Assembly: GCA_964569265.1 (NCBI GenBank)
Contig: CAZMTO010000003.1
Coordinates: forward strand, 9,850-73,849
Reading direction: 5' to 3'
Length of the DNA: 64,000 bases
From: an uncultured Peptococcaceae bacterium
GTDB lineage: Bacteria > Bacillota > Dehalobacteriia > UBA4068 > UBA4997
Of the stretch, positions 1-9,696 are shown piece after piece. How positions within the stretch are numbered: the stretch's first letter is position 1; every line of letters starts with the position of its first letter. The translations under genes were made by a program, and so were the position numbers. The notes under the pieces are model-generated. The model was given only the letters and a program-made list of their open reading frames with translations. It was not told where the DNA came from and did no database searches.

Positions 1-135
1 CTACACGGCGCATAATGCCGAAGCACTGGCGCTGGCAGATAGCGTAATACAGCTTGCAGGGCCACCGCTGCGTGCGGTTTAATGCAATTATATAACCGGA
101 AGCTACAGAGTTGTACGTAAGTATGGCTCTGTTTT

Positions 136-192
136 TTTTGACAATTTTTTTACAAAAATAAGATTTTCGTCTTTACATCCGTGCTTTATACT
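136..192 (+). promoter_or_regulatory. Candidate Pho box. Direct repeats TTGACA (138-143), TTTACA (149-154), TTTACA (172-177) and TTTATA (185-190) at about 11-bp periodicity, with a -10-like TATACT at 187-192 upstream of pstS.
   Basis: TT(T/G)A(C/T)A hexamers spaced on one helical face and no canonical -35. The position is immediately upstream of the pst operon, which itself encodes phoU-phoP-phoR. Confidence 0.45.
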
Positions 193-246
193 AAAAACGT
201 AAACCAAAGGAATTAAAAACGAAAAGCAAAAGGAGTGTATTTTTTG

Positions 247-1053
247 ATGAAGAAGTTGATTGGTACGATTTTAATGGCGGTTATGCTGGTGGGCTGTTTG
301 GCCGGTTGTTCGGGTAATGCGGGCGGCAATGTAGCCACCGACGGTTCTACGTCGATGAAGCAGGTGATAGGTGCGCTGGGCGAAGCCTTTGAGGCCGATA
401 ACGCCGGTATTACTTTTACTTATAACCCCACAGGTTCCGGGGCCGGCATAAAAGCCGTGCAGGAAGGCCGCTGTGATATCGGGCTTAGCTCCCGCAGTTT
501 AAAAGATGATGAAAAAGCAGCGGGCCTTACCGAAACCGTGCTGGCTTATGACGGCATTGCGGTTATTGTAAACCCGGAAAACCCGGTAAACGACTTGACA
601 CTGGAGCAAATTGCGGCTGTTTACACCGGCAAAATTACCAACTGGCAGGAACTTGGCGGCAGCGACAGTGAGATAGTGCTTATTGGCCGCGAGGCAGGCT
701 CCGGCACCCGTGATGGCTTTGAAGCTGTTACCGGCACCGAGGATAGCTGTAACTACCGTCAGGAATTATCTTCAACCGGTGATGTTATTGCCACTGTTGC
801 CGCTAACCCGCAGGCTATCGGTTATGCATCGTTGGCAGCGGTAAAAGACAGCGTTAAGGCGCTGGCGGTTGATGGCATTACCCCCGATGAACAGGCTGTT
901 AAAGACGGCAGCTATAAGGTGCAGCGGCCTTTTGTGCTGGTAACCCCGGCCAACGGTGAACTCAGCGAAGCAGCACAAAGCTTTTTCGATTATGCTACAT
1001 CGGCGGCAGCCAACGATATTATCAGCGGGGCCGGCGTGGTACCGGCTAACTAA
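247..1053 (+). CDS. pstS: Phosphate ABC transporter substrate-binding lipoprotein PstS
   Basis: Signal peptide and lipobox LAGC-SGN. The family is PBP-like with the SGTRDGFE phosphate-binding signature. Start moved to ATG 247, since the GTG at 235 overlaps the aaggag RBS. First gene of pstSCAB. Confidence 0.85.
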   Translation: MKKLIGTILMAVMLVGCLAGCSGNAGGNVATDGSTSMKQVIGALGEAFEADNAGITFTYNPTGSGAGIKAVQEGRCDIGLSSRSLKDDEKAAGLTETVLAYDGIAVIVNPENPVNDLTLEQIAAVYTGKITNWQELGGSDSEIVLIGREAGSGTRDGFEAVTGTEDSCNYRQELSSTGDVIATVAANPQAIGYASLAAVKDSVKALAVDGITPDEQAVKDGSYKVQRPFVLVTPANGELSEAAQSFFDYATSAAANDIISGAGVVPAN

Positions 1054-1126
1054 GCAATGTACAGGCTGCGGCGGCGGTGTAAAAACCGTCGCTTGTGCCG
1101 TTTGTTGATATAAGGTGAAAAAATAG

Positions 1127-2023
1127 ATGCAAAATAACAAGCGTAAAAATAACAATAGTTTAGTTTATTTAATAGAAGCTGCTGTACATATGGTGTTTTT
1201 GCTGCTGGGCTTGGTAACGGTGGCCTGCGTTTTGCTGATAACGGTGTATCTGGTGATATCCGGCTTGCCGGGCATTAGGCAAATTGGTTTGGGCAATTTT
1301 TTGTTCGGGCAGGTATGGGCCTCAACGGCTGCCGAGCCTAAGTATGGCATTTTACCGTTTTTGCTTACCAGCATTTACGGTACAGCGGGGGCTATGCTGT
1401 TAGGCGTGCCTGTAGGCTTTTTAACGGCAGTTTATTTAGCCAAGCTGGCACCTGCCGGGGTAAAGGCCGTTATGAACAGTGCCGTTAGCCTGCTGGCCGG
1501 TATACCGTCGGTGGTGTATGGTTTGGTAGGTATGATGGTGCTGGTGCCGGCTATAAGGCAGTTTTTTGGTCTGGCAGACGGCAGCGGCCTGTTGGCGGCT
1601 ATTTTGGTGCTGGCCGTAATGATAATGCCTTCTATAATCAAGGTGTCGGTAACGGCGTTAGAAGCCGTGCCCAAGGAATACGAAGATGCGTCGCTGGCAT
1701 TGGGGGCAACCCCGATAGAAACGTACTTCAGGGTATCGGTACCGGCAGCCAAAAGCGGTATTGCCACGGCGGTGGTGCTGGGTGTAGGCCGGGCGGTAGG
1801 CGAGGCTATGGCCGTTATGATGGTTTGCGGCAGTGCGCCTAATATGCCCGATTCGCTGTTTCAAAGTGTGCATTTTTTAACTACCATTGTCGGCAGCGAA
1901 ATGGCATATTCCGGTGGGCTGCAGCGGCAGGCCCTGTTTTCGATAGCGTTAGTGCTGTTTTTGTTTATTATGCTTATAAATGCCCTGCTTAACCTGCTGC
2001 TAAAGGGCAACAAGGGGGTATAA
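1127..2023 (+). CDS. pstC: Phosphate ABC transporter permease PstC
   Basis: Polytopic permease with an EAA-like loop, following pstS. Confidence 0.85.
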   Translation: MQNNKRKNNNSLVYLIEAAVHMVFLLLGLVTVACVLLITVYLVISGLPGIRQIGLGNFLFGQVWASTAAEPKYGILPFLLTSIYGTAGAMLLGVPVGFLTAVYLAKLAPAGVKAVMNSAVSLLAGIPSVVYGLVGMMVLVPAIRQFFGLADGSGLLAAILVLAVMIMPSIIKVSVTALEAVPKEYEDASLALGATPIETYFRVSVPAAKSGIATAVVLGVGRAVGEAMAVMMVCGSAPNMPDSLFQSVHFLTTIVGSEMAYSGGLQRQALFSIALVLFLFIMLINALLNLLLKGNKGV

Positions 2024-2026
2024 TTT

Positions 2027-2884
2027 ATGTTAAAGGTATCTTTGCCGCTTAGGCGCAAACGCTATATTGGCACCTTTAAGCTGCTTATGCTGCTGGCGGC
2101 AGGGGCAACAGCCTTGCTGGTGATATTTTTGGTAAGCTGTGTGCTGCTAAAAGGACTGCCAAACGTAAGCTGGCGCTTTTTAACCGGCGGTGTCAGCTAT
2201 ATTAACGGCAACATTGGTATTTTGCCCAATATTTTAAGTACGGTTTATATAATAATTGCCACCCTGCTTATGGTGCTGCCTATTGGTGTAGGGGCGGCGG
2301 TTTATCTTAATGAATACGCTGCCAACAGGCGGCTGGTGGGTGTTATTGAATATGCTGCCGAAACGCTGGCCGGTATACCGTCTATTATATACGGTCTGGT
2401 GGGTATGCTGCTGTTTGCCGACCACATAGGCAGTTGTTTGTTGGCCGGTGCTTTAACGCTGGTGATAATGAACCTGCCAACGGTTATGCGTACCACGCAG
2501 GAAAGCTTAAAAACGGTGCCGCAAAGCTACCGGGAAGGTGCTTTTGCACTGGGCGCCGGCAAATGGCGGGTTATACGCACGGTGGTGCTACCAAGCTGTG
2601 TAAACGGTGTGGTGTGCGGCTGTATTTTATCGGTGGGGCGTATTTTAGGAGAATCGGCCGCACTGATGTTTACTGCTGGTTTTGCCCACGCCATAAACGG
2701 CTTTTTTACCGGGCTGGGCAGTGCCGGGGCAACCTTAACGGTGGCGCTGTATTTATATGCCAAGGCAGACGGTGAGTTTGGCGTAGCCTTTGCCATTGCG
2801 GCCATTTTGCTATTGCTTACTGTAGCCATAAACAGTTTGGCGGCATTTGTCGGTAAATATTTTGAAAGGAGATGCAGCGTGTGA
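2027..2884 (+). CDS. pstA: Phosphate ABC transporter permease PstA
   Basis: Second polytopic permease paralogous to the upstream gene. Its stop overlaps the pstB start. Confidence 0.85.
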   Translation: MLKVSLPLRRKRYIGTFKLLMLLAAGATALLVIFLVSCVLLKGLPNVSWRFLTGGVSYINGNIGILPNILSTVYIIIATLLMVLPIGVGAAVYLNEYAANRRLVGVIEYAAETLAGIPSIIYGLVGMLLFADHIGSCLLAGALTLVIMNLPTVMRTTQESLKTVPQSYREGAFALGAGKWRVIRTVVLPSCVNGVVCGCILSVGRILGESAALMFTAGFAHAINGFFTGLGSAGATLTVALYLYAKADGEFGVAFAIAAILLLLTVAINSLAAFVGKYFERRCSV

Positions 2885-3633
2885 GTATTATAGAAGCTAA
2901 AGACCTGTGCCTGTGGTATGGCAATACGCAGGCGCTTAAAAATATCAACATAGAAATACCGCAAAAGGCCATAACTGCGTTTATCGGGCCGTCGGGCTGC
3001 GGTAAATCAACGTTTATAAAAAGCCTAAACCGTATGAACGACCTTGTGCCCGGTGTAAAAATAACCGGCAGTGTATATTACGGCGGCGAAGATATTTATG
3101 CACCGGGGGTAAATGTTAACGAACTAAGACGAGAGGTTGGTATGGTGTTTCAAAAGGCCAATCCCTTCCCGATGAGTATTTATGACAATATTGCCTACGG
3201 GCCGCGCACCCACGGTATAACCGCCAAGGTGCAGTTAGATGAAATTGTTGAGCGCAGCCTGCGGCAGGCGGCCATTTGGGACGAAACCAAAGATCGTTTA
3301 AAGAAAAACGCGCTGGGGTTATCCGGTGGGCAGCAGCAGAGATTGTGTATTGCCCGTGCCTTGGCAGTAGAACCGCAGGTGCTGTTGATGGACGAACCAA
3401 CCAGTGCTTTAGATCCAATTTCTACAGCTAAGATAGAAGAACTTGCTATTTGCCTAAAAGAAAAGTATACTATAGTTATAGTTACTCACAATATGCAGCA
3501 GGCAGTAAGAATATCTGACAAGACGGCGTTTTTTCTGCTGGGGCAGTTGATAGAATTTGCCGATACCGAGCAGTTGTTTTCTCAGCCGCAGGATAAACGT
3601 ACCGAAGATTATATTACGGGGAGGTTTGGTTGA
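2872..3633 (+). CDS. pstB: Phosphate ABC transporter ATP-binding protein PstB
   Basis: Walker [13 protein letters not shown] signature LSGGQQQR, Walker [12 protein letters not shown]. Confidence 0.9.
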   Translation: MQRVSIIEAKDLCLWYGNTQALKNINIEIPQKAITAFIGPSGCGKSTFIKSLNRMNDLVPGVKITGSVYYGGEDIYAPGVNVNELRREVGMVFQKANPFPMSIYDNIAYGPRTHGITAKVQLDEIVERSLRQAAIWDETKDRLKKNALGLSGGQQQRLCIARALAVEPQVLLMDEPTSALDPISTAKIEELAICLKEKYTIVIVTHNMQQAVRISDKTAFFLLGQLIEFADTEQLFSQPQDKRTEDYITGRFG

Positions 3634-4283
3634 TGCGCACCAGATTTGATGAGCAGCTTGGCCGTTTGGATAAAGAAATGATAGAAATGGGTGCCCTGTG
3701 TGAGGAGCTTATTGCCATGGCAACCGATGCCCTGATAAGCGGTGATACCGTACTGGCAGCCGATGTTATACCCCGTGATAAAGAGATAGACCAAAAGGAG
3801 CGCGATATTGAAGCGCTTTGCCTTAAACTGCTGTTAGAACAACAGCCGGTGGCGGGCGATCTGCGGCAAATATCGGCGGCACTTAAAATGGTTACCGATA
3901 TGGAACGTATAGGTGATCAGGCGGCGGATATTGCCGAGCTGATTACCCGGCTAAACGGTTGTTCGGCATCGGAACATATAGGTTTAAAGGAAATGGCAGG
4001 GGCCACCATAAAAATGGTAACCGACAGTGTAGATGCCTATGTTAAACGTGATATAAAAGCTGCCCGCGCGGTTATTGCCTATGATGATGTGGTGGACGCC
4101 TGTTTTGCCGATATAAAAAGCCGGCTGATACAGCTTATAGCTGCCGACCAGACTAAGGGCGAATATGCGCTGGACATTTTGATGATAGCCAAATATTTTG
4201 AGCGCATAGGTGACCACGCAACCAATTTGGCAGAATGGGTAATATATTCGGTTACCGGTATACACAAGGAGGCACAGTTATGA
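3633..4283 (+). CDS. phoU: Phosphate signalling complex protein PhoU
   Basis: About 215 aa with duplicated PhoU helical repeats and DxxxR/ERIGD motifs. Start set to ATG 3633, 11 nt after GGAGG. Confidence 0.85.
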   Translation: MRTRFDEQLGRLDKEMIEMGALCEELIAMATDALISGDTVLAADVIPRDKEIDQKERDIEALCLKLLLEQQPVAGDLRQISAALKMVTDMERIGDQAADIAELITRLNGCSASEHIGLKEMAGATIKMVTDSVDAYVKRDIKAARAVIAYDDVVDACFADIKSRLIQLIAADQTKGEYALDILMIAKYFERIGDHATNLAEWVIYSVTGIHKEAQL

Positions 4284-4954
4284 TTTGGTGTGTAGAAGAT
4301 GACGCGGCCATACGTGATATTGAAATATATGCCTTAAAATCTGTTGGCTTAGATGCTAAGGGTTTTGCCGATGGTGATGAATTTTGGCAGGCTCTGCAAA
4401 CTGAGCGCCCTGATTTGGTGGTGCTTGATGTTATGCTGCCCGGCACCGACGGCGTGGAGCTGCTGCAAAAAATACGGGCCAATGCCCGCCTGGCAGATTT
4501 GCCGGTGATAATGGCTACCGCTAAGGGTGCCGAATATGACAAAATTTTAGGGCTGGATATTGGGGCCGATGATTACGTAGTAAAGCCGTTTAGCGTTATG
4601 GAGCTGGTATCGCGTATTAAGGCGGTGCTGCGCCGCTGCCAAACTGCGCCGGTGCAAAAGCTTTTAAAGCTGGGCGGGCTGGTGCTTAATTTAGACGAAC
4701 ACACAGTAAGCGTTAACGGTGACCGCGTGCAGCTTACCTACAAAGAATACGAGCTGCTGCGTTTGTTTTTAATGCACCCCGGTGTGGCATTTAGCCGCGA
4801 ACAACTGTTCTGCGAGGTTTGGGGCGCAAATTATGTAGGAGAAAGCCGCACCCTTGATATGCACATAAGAACCCTGCGGCATAAGCTTGGCGAATACGGA
4901 CATTGCATAGAAACCGTGCGTAATGTCGGCTACCGGCTGGAGGTACAGCTATGA
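4280..4954 (+). CDS. phoP: OmpR-family response regulator (PhoP/PhoB-like)
   Basis: Receiver domain followed by a winged-helix trans_reg_C domain (RTLDMHIRTLRHKL...VRNVGYRL). Start at ATG 4280 with the RBS aaggagg, overlapping the phoU stop by 4 nt. Confidence 0.85.
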   Translation: MIWCVEDDAAIRDIEIYALKSVGLDAKGFADGDEFWQALQTERPDLVVLDVMLPGTDGVELLQKIRANARLADLPVIMATAKGAEYDKILGLDIGADDYVVKPFSVMELVSRIKAVLRRCQTAPVQKLLKLGGLVLNLDEHTVSVNGDRVQLTYKEYELLRLFLMHPGVAFSREQLFCEVWGANYVGESRTLDMHIRTLRHKLGEYGHCIETVRNVGYRLEVQL

Positions 4955-6618
4955 CCGGAAAGATATTTCGTTCTATTATGGCGGCGGCGTGTGTGGTGCT
5001 GGTGGCCAGTTTGTTAATAGTTATGGGCTGCCTGTATGAATACTTTGGTAATGTGCAGGAAAATCAGCTTAAAGAAGAATTAGCCCTGGCCGTAGCCGGG
5101 GTGGAAAACAGCGGCAGGGAATATCTGGCCGGATTAAACGGCAGCAACAACCGCCTTACCTGGATAGCAGCCGACGGTTCGGTGTTGTATGATGCACAGG
5201 CCGATGAGCAAACGATGGAAAACCATGCCGAACGTGAAGAAGTTCAGCAGGCTTTTGCTACCGGCGAAGGTGCCAGCAGTCGATATTCTAAAACGCTGTT
5301 AGAAAAAACCCTGTACTGTGCCAAGCTGCTCTCCGACGGTTCAGTGCTGCGAATTTCCGTAAGCCATGCCAGTATGGCAGTGTTGGCATTGGGTATGCTG
5401 CAGCCGGTTTGTATTATAATGGCGGCGGTGTTGGCATTGGCGTTTTTTTTGGCGCATCGTTTGGCCGGGCGCATTGTAGAGCCGCTTAATAAGCTGGATT
5501 TAGATAACCCACTGGCTAATAATACCTATGACGAGCTGGCACCGCTGCTTAGGCGCATAAGCCAGCAAAGCCACCAGATAGACAGTCAACTGAAAATTTT
5601 GCAGCAGAAGAAAGATGAGTTTGCGCAGGTTACTGCCAGTATGAACGAAGGTTTGGTGTTGCTGGATAATAACGCCACCATACTAAGCATTAACCCGGCG
5701 GCAACGGCACTGTTCCATACGGGGCCGCAGGCGGTGGGGCAGCAGTTTTTAACCGTAGAACGCAGCCGCGAAGTAAACGAGGCTATGACGCGCGCGCTGG
5801 ATACCGGGCATAGCGAAATTTGCCTGCTGCGTGACGGGCGAGAGTATCAGATAGATATGAGCCGCATAGAATCGGAGGGTGCGGCGGCCGGTGCAGTGCT
5901 GTTGGCCTTTGATGTTACGGAAAAGCGCAACGCCGAGCGTACCAGACGGGAATTTACTGCCAATGTGTCGCACGAGCTTAAAACACCGCTGACGATAATT
6001 TTGGGCAGTGCCGAAATTATTCAGGCCGGTATGGTAAAGCCGGACGATATGCAGCGTTTTGTGGGGCATATTCACGATGAAGCAGCCCGTTTGCTGGCAC
6101 TTATTGAAGATATTATAAGGCTTTCTCAGCTTGATGAAGGTGTGGCGCTGCCCAGCGAAGCTATTGACCTTGGTGCCGTGGCCGAAGATGTGGCGGAGCA
6201 GCTTGCCGAAAAAGCCGGTCAACACAACGTTAAGTTAGAGGTGCAGGCTGATACCTGCCTGTTGCAGGGTGTGCCGCGCCTGATACACGAAATTGCCTAT
6301 AATCTGACGGAAAATGCCATAAAATATAATGTTGCCGGCGGCACGGTAAAGGTGTGTGTGGCTAATACCGAAGCCGGTGCTGTGTTATCGGTTGCCGATA
6401 CCGGTATTGGTATACCCCCGGAGCATCAAAGCCGTGTGTTTGAGCGTTTTTATCGGGTAGATAAAAGCCATTCTAAGGCCAGCGGCGGTACCGGTTTGGG
6501 GCTTTCTATTGTAAAACACGCCTGCGCTTACCTTGGGGCGGCTATAAAGCTGCAAAGTGAGCAGGGCAAGGGCACCACCATTACGGTAGTATTCCCTAAG
6601 CAACAAAAGGAGGCGTAG
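4951..6618 (+). CDS. phoR: Sensor histidine kinase PhoR
   Basis: N-terminal TM, periplasmic loop, TM, then a PAS-like segment. H-box SHELKTPLT and a HATPase_c domain with G-boxes (DTGIGIP, GGTGLGLSIV). Overlaps the response-regulator stop. Confidence 0.85.
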   Translation: MTGKIFRSIMAAACVVLVASLLIVMGCLYEYFGNVQENQLKEELALAVAGVENSGREYLAGLNGSNNRLTWIAADGSVLYDAQADEQTMENHAEREEVQQAFATGEGASSRYSKTLLEKTLYCAKLLSDGSVLRISVSHASMAVLALGMLQPVCIIMAAVLALAFFLAHRLAGRIVEPLNKLDLDNPLANNTYDELAPLLRRISQQSHQIDSQLKILQQKKDEFAQVTASMNEGLVLLDNNATILSINPAATALFHTGPQAVGQQFLTVERSREVNEAMTRALDTGHSEICLLRDGREYQIDMSRIESEGAAAGAVLLAFDVTEKRNAERTRREFTANVSHELKTPLTIILGSAEIIQAGMVKPDDMQRFVGHIHDEAARLLALIEDIIRLSQLDEGVALPSEAIDLGAVAEDVAEQLAEKAGQHNVKLEVQADTCLLQGVPRLIHEIAYNLTENAIKYNVAGGTVKVCVANTEAGAVLSVADTGIGIPPEHQSRVFERFYRVDKSHSKASGGTGLGLSIVKHACAYLGAAIKLQSEQGKGTTITVVFPKQQKEA

Positions 6619-6623
6619 GCAAA

Positions 6624-7493
6624 ATGTGGCTGCTTTATGCTGTAGGTTCGGCATTGTTTGCCGGTTTAACCGCAATTTTGGCTAAATGCGGCATAAAAAC
6701 AACTGATTCTACAGTGGCAACGGCAATACGCACGGTGGTTGTGCTGGTGTTTGCGTGGCTGATGGTATTTATTGTCGGCTCGGCGGGGCAGTTGGCGGCC
6801 ATTAACGGCAAAACACTGCTGTTTTTAATACTTTCCGGTTTGGCTACCGGCGGTAGCTGGCTGTGTTATTTTCGGGCTTTGCAGTTGGGTGATGTTAACA
6901 AGGTGGTGCCTATTGATAAATCCAGCACAGTGTTAACAATTTTGCTGGCGGCCCTGTTTTTGCACGAAGCCATAACTCCGGTAAAGGGGCTTGGTGTTGT
7001 GCTTATCGCCGTTGGCACGCTTTTAATGATTGAAAAAAAGGCGAACACCGGGCAGGCGGCCAAAGGCTCGCAGTGGCTGTGGTATGCGTTAGGGTCGGCG
7101 GTGTTTGCCAGCCTTACCGCCATTTTAGCCAAGGTGGGCATTGTGGGGGTAGAATCTAATTTGGGTACTGCCATACGCACGGTGGTGGTGCTACTTATGG
7201 CCTGGCTTATGGTGGTGGTGCAGGGCAAGCAGGGTGAGCTTGCTAAAATTGCCCCACGGGAACTTGGTTTTATTTGCCTTTCCGGCCTGGCTACCGGTGC
7301 AAGCTGGTTGTGTTATTACAAAGCTTTGCAGGGTGGGCCGGCCAGTCTGGTGGTGCCTATAGATAAGCTTAGTATTTTGCCGACAGTGATGTTTTCTTAT
7401 CTGGTGTTTAAAGAGAAACTGACGAAAAAATCAGCGGCGGGGCTGGCGGCTATTGTGGCGGGTACCCTACTTATGCTAGTAAAAAACGCTTAA
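6624..7493 (+). CDS. EamA/DMT-superfamily transporter (tandem EamA domains)
   Basis: About 10 TM helices as two homologous halves (AILAK..G and AIRTVVVL repeated). It begins 5 nt after phoR. Confidence 0.7.
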   Translation: MWLLYAVGSALFAGLTAILAKCGIKTTDSTVATAIRTVVVLVFAWLMVFIVGSAGQLAAINGKTLLFLILSGLATGGSWLCYFRALQLGDVNKVVPIDKSSTVLTILLAALFLHEAITPVKGLGVVLIAVGTLLMIEKKANTGQAAKGSQWLWYALGSAVFASLTAILAKVGIVGVESNLGTAIRTVVVLLMAWLMVVVQGKQGELAKIAPRELGFICLSGLATGASWLCYYKALQGGPASLVVPIDKLSILPTVMFSYLVFKEKLTKKSAAGLAAIVAGTLLMLVKNA

Positions 7494-7549
7494 TATCGCC
7501 TGATACAACGTCTGGCCGGGGCTGTGTGCCTGTGGCCGGGCGTTTTTGC

Positions 7550-7580
7550 TTTTGGTTGCCTTTTGCTGATATTTTAGCTA
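7550..7580 (+). promoter_or_regulatory. Sigma-70-like promoter for the Y-family polymerase gene (TTGCCT, 17 nt spacer, TATAAT)
   Basis: Read directly. No CGAAC-N4-GTTCG LexA (Cheo) box was found in 7494-7615. Confidence 0.4.
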
Positions 7581-7615
7581 TAATTATGGTATCTTAAATT
7601 AAAGGGGGTGCGGCT

Positions 7616-9139
7616 ATGGACGAACGTGTTTATTTATCTATTGATTTAAAATCGTTTTTTGCTTCGGCAGAATGTGTGGCGCGTGGGCTAAACCCTATGC
7701 AAACCAATTTGGTGGTAGCCGACCGTAGCCGTACCGAAAAAACCATTTGTCTGGCAGTAACACCGTCTTTAAAGGCGTATGGCATACCGGGGCGGGCGCG
7801 CCTGTTTGAGGTTATACAGCAAGTGCAAAAAATAAACAGCCGCCGCAGGCAGGCAGCGCCGGGGCGTCGGCTTGTGGGAGAATCTTGTGATGCCGTGGAG
7901 CTGGCGCAAAACCCGGCTATGGCGCTTAATTTTATTGCTGCACCGCCCCGAATGGCCTACTATATGCAGCTTAGCAACCGTATATATAATATTTACCTGC
8001 AATATATTGCGCCCGAAGATATTCACGTTTATTCGGTAGACGAGGTTTTTATTGATGCTACCGATTACCTTAAAACCTACGGTACAACGGCACGCAGGCT
8101 TTGCAGCCACCTGATAGCCGAGGTTTTTAAGCAGACCGGTATAACGGCAACGGCCGGCATAGGCAGCAATTTGTATCTGGCTAAGGTGGCGCTGGACATT
8201 GAGGCTAAGCATATTGCGCCCGATGAAAACGGCGTGCGTATTGCCGAGCTTACCGAAATGGAATATCGCCGCCGCCTGTGGGCGCACCGGCCATTAACCG
8301 ATTTTTGGCGTGTAGGCCCCGGTTATGCCGACAGGCTGGCCGAGCAGGGGCTTTATACTATGGGTGATATTGCACTTTGTTCGGTGGGCGGTGCTGATAG
8401 CTATTATAACGAAGCACTGCTTTACCGGCTGTTTGGCAAAAATGCCGAGCTTTTGATAGACCACGCCTGGGGTTGGGAGCCTTGCCGCATTGCCGACATT
8501 AAAGCTTATAAGCCCAAGGAAAACAGCATTGGTAACGGGCAGGTGCTAAAATGCCCCTATAATAACCGTCAGGCGCGTTTGATAGTGCGTGAGATGACGG
8601 AGCTTTTGCTGCTGGAGCTGGTGGATAAAGGCTATGCAACTGATCAGATGGTGCTTACCGTGGGTTATGATGTGGAAAACCTGCTGGATCCTAATCGCAA
8701 AAGGCTGTATCACGGGGCGGTAACCACCGACCGTTATGGCCGCAGTGTACCCAAGCACGCGCACGGTACTGCTAACCTTGGCGGTTACACGGCATCTGCC
8801 AAAAAGGCGGTACGGGCGGTGTTGCAGCTTTATGATGATATAGTTGACAAAAATTTGCTGGTGAGGCGTATCTATATATCGGCTAACCGTATAAAGCCGG
8901 AGGCCGAAGCCCTAAAGCAAACCGAGCCGGAACAAATGCGTCTGTTTTGCGATTACGATGCCTTGCAGAAGCAACGTGAGCAGGAGCAGGCCGAGCTTGC
9001 CAAAGAGCGGCGTATGCAGCAGGCTGTGCTGGCCATAAAAAAGAAGTTTGGCAAAAACGCCATACTTAAAGGTTCAAATTTTGAAGAAGGTTCTACCGCT
9101 ATAGAACGTAACGGGCAAATTGGCGGCCACAAGGGGTAG
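7616..9139 (+). CDS. Y-family (translesion) DNA polymerase, UmuC/ImpB/UvrX-like
   Basis: N-terminal LSIDLKSFFASAE, the IMS-family start with the catalytic Asp. Palm, finger and little-finger length. Has a C-terminal ~90 aa extension ending KKKFGKNAILKGSNFEEGSTAIERNGQIGGHKG. Confidence 0.8.
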   Translation: MDERVYLSIDLKSFFASAECVARGLNPMQTNLVVADRSRTEKTICLAVTPSLKAYGIPGRARLFEVIQQVQKINSRRRQAAPGRRLVGESCDAVELAQNPAMALNFIAAPPRMAYYMQLSNRIYNIYLQYIAPEDIHVYSVDEVFIDATDYLKTYGTTARRLCSHLIAEVFKQTGITATAGIGSNLYLAKVALDIEAKHIAPDENGVRIAELTEMEYRRRLWAHRPLTDFWRVGPGYADRLAEQGLYTMGDIALCSVGGADSYYNEALLYRLFGKNAELLIDHAWGWEPCRIADIKAYKPKENSIGNGQVLKCPYNNRQARLIVREMTELLLLELVDKGYATDQMVLTVGYDVENLLDPNRKRLYHGAVTTDRYGRSVPKHAHGTANLGGYTASAKKAVRAVLQLYDDIVDKNLLVRRIYISANRIKPEAEALKQTEPEQMRLFCDYDALQKQREQEQAELAKERRMQQAVLAIKKKFGKNAILKGSNFEEGSTAIERNGQIGGHKG

Positions 9140-9165
9140 CCGCAACATTATACAGGGGGTAAAAT

Positions 9166-9597
9166 ATGACAAAGCCAACCAACAAATATGCAGCTATTAT
9201 TGATATGCCGCATCACAGGTCTTTAACACGGCAGCCAATGCCTATGTACGACCGAGCCGCGCAGTTTTCTCCCTTTGCTGCCCTTAGCGGTTACGGCGAA
9301 TCAATAAAAGAAACTGCCCGGCAGACCGATGCCGTGGCGGTGCTGAGCGAAGATGCTCTGGCGGCGCTGGATGAACGCCTGGCGGTGCTGTTGGCGGCAA
9401 AAGAGGCAGAACCGCAGGTTTGTGTTACTTACTTTAAGCCCGATGCCAAAAAAAGCGGCGGTGCTTATTGCCGGCATTGCGGTGCGGTAAAAGCCGCAGA
9501 CAGCATAGCGCGGCAGTTGGTGTTTTCTGACGGTACAGCTATTGATATGGCGGCGGTGGTGGCAATAGAGGGGACAATTTTTGACACATTACTTTAA
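9166..9597 (+). CDS. YolD-like protein (putative UmuD-like accessory factor of the Y-family polymerase)
   Basis: 143 aa lying directly downstream of the polymerase as in Bacillus yqjW-yqjX. The motif KYAAIIDMPHH resembles the YolD-family KW-AAFM-PEH motif. Assigned from memory of the family. Confidence 0.55.
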   Translation: MTKPTNKYAAIIDMPHHRSLTRQPMPMYDRAAQFSPFAALSGYGESIKETARQTDAVAVLSEDALAALDERLAVLLAAKEAEPQVCVTYFKPDAKKSGGAYCRHCGAVKAADSIARQLVFSDGTAIDMAAVVAIEGTIFDTLL

Positions 9598-9696
9598 ATG
9601 CCCACGGCATAAGTGTCAAAATTTCAACATAAATTCACAAATAATTCATAAATAGCCGCTATAATAATTACTAAGTAATTTTAAGGGGGATTTTTA

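Noticed and set aside
1-81. Possible 3' end of an upstream gene at the window edge
   Set aside because: The only frame ending at the TAA at 79-81 has an in-frame stop at 13-15. That leaves 22 codons, too short to call.
4235-4279. Upstream extension of the response-regulator ORF (MGNIFGYRYTQGGTV...)
   Set aside because: This stretch is the C-terminal coding region of phoU read in another frame. It contains the aaggagg RBS for the real ATG at 4280.
7494-7560. GC-rich direct repeat GGCCGGGGCTGTGTG / GCCTGTGGCCGGGCG followed by TTTTTGCTTTTGG after the first EamA gene
   Set aside because: I could not fold it into a convincing hairpin, because the arms are direct rather than inverted. It may still function as a terminator, but I would not annotate it.
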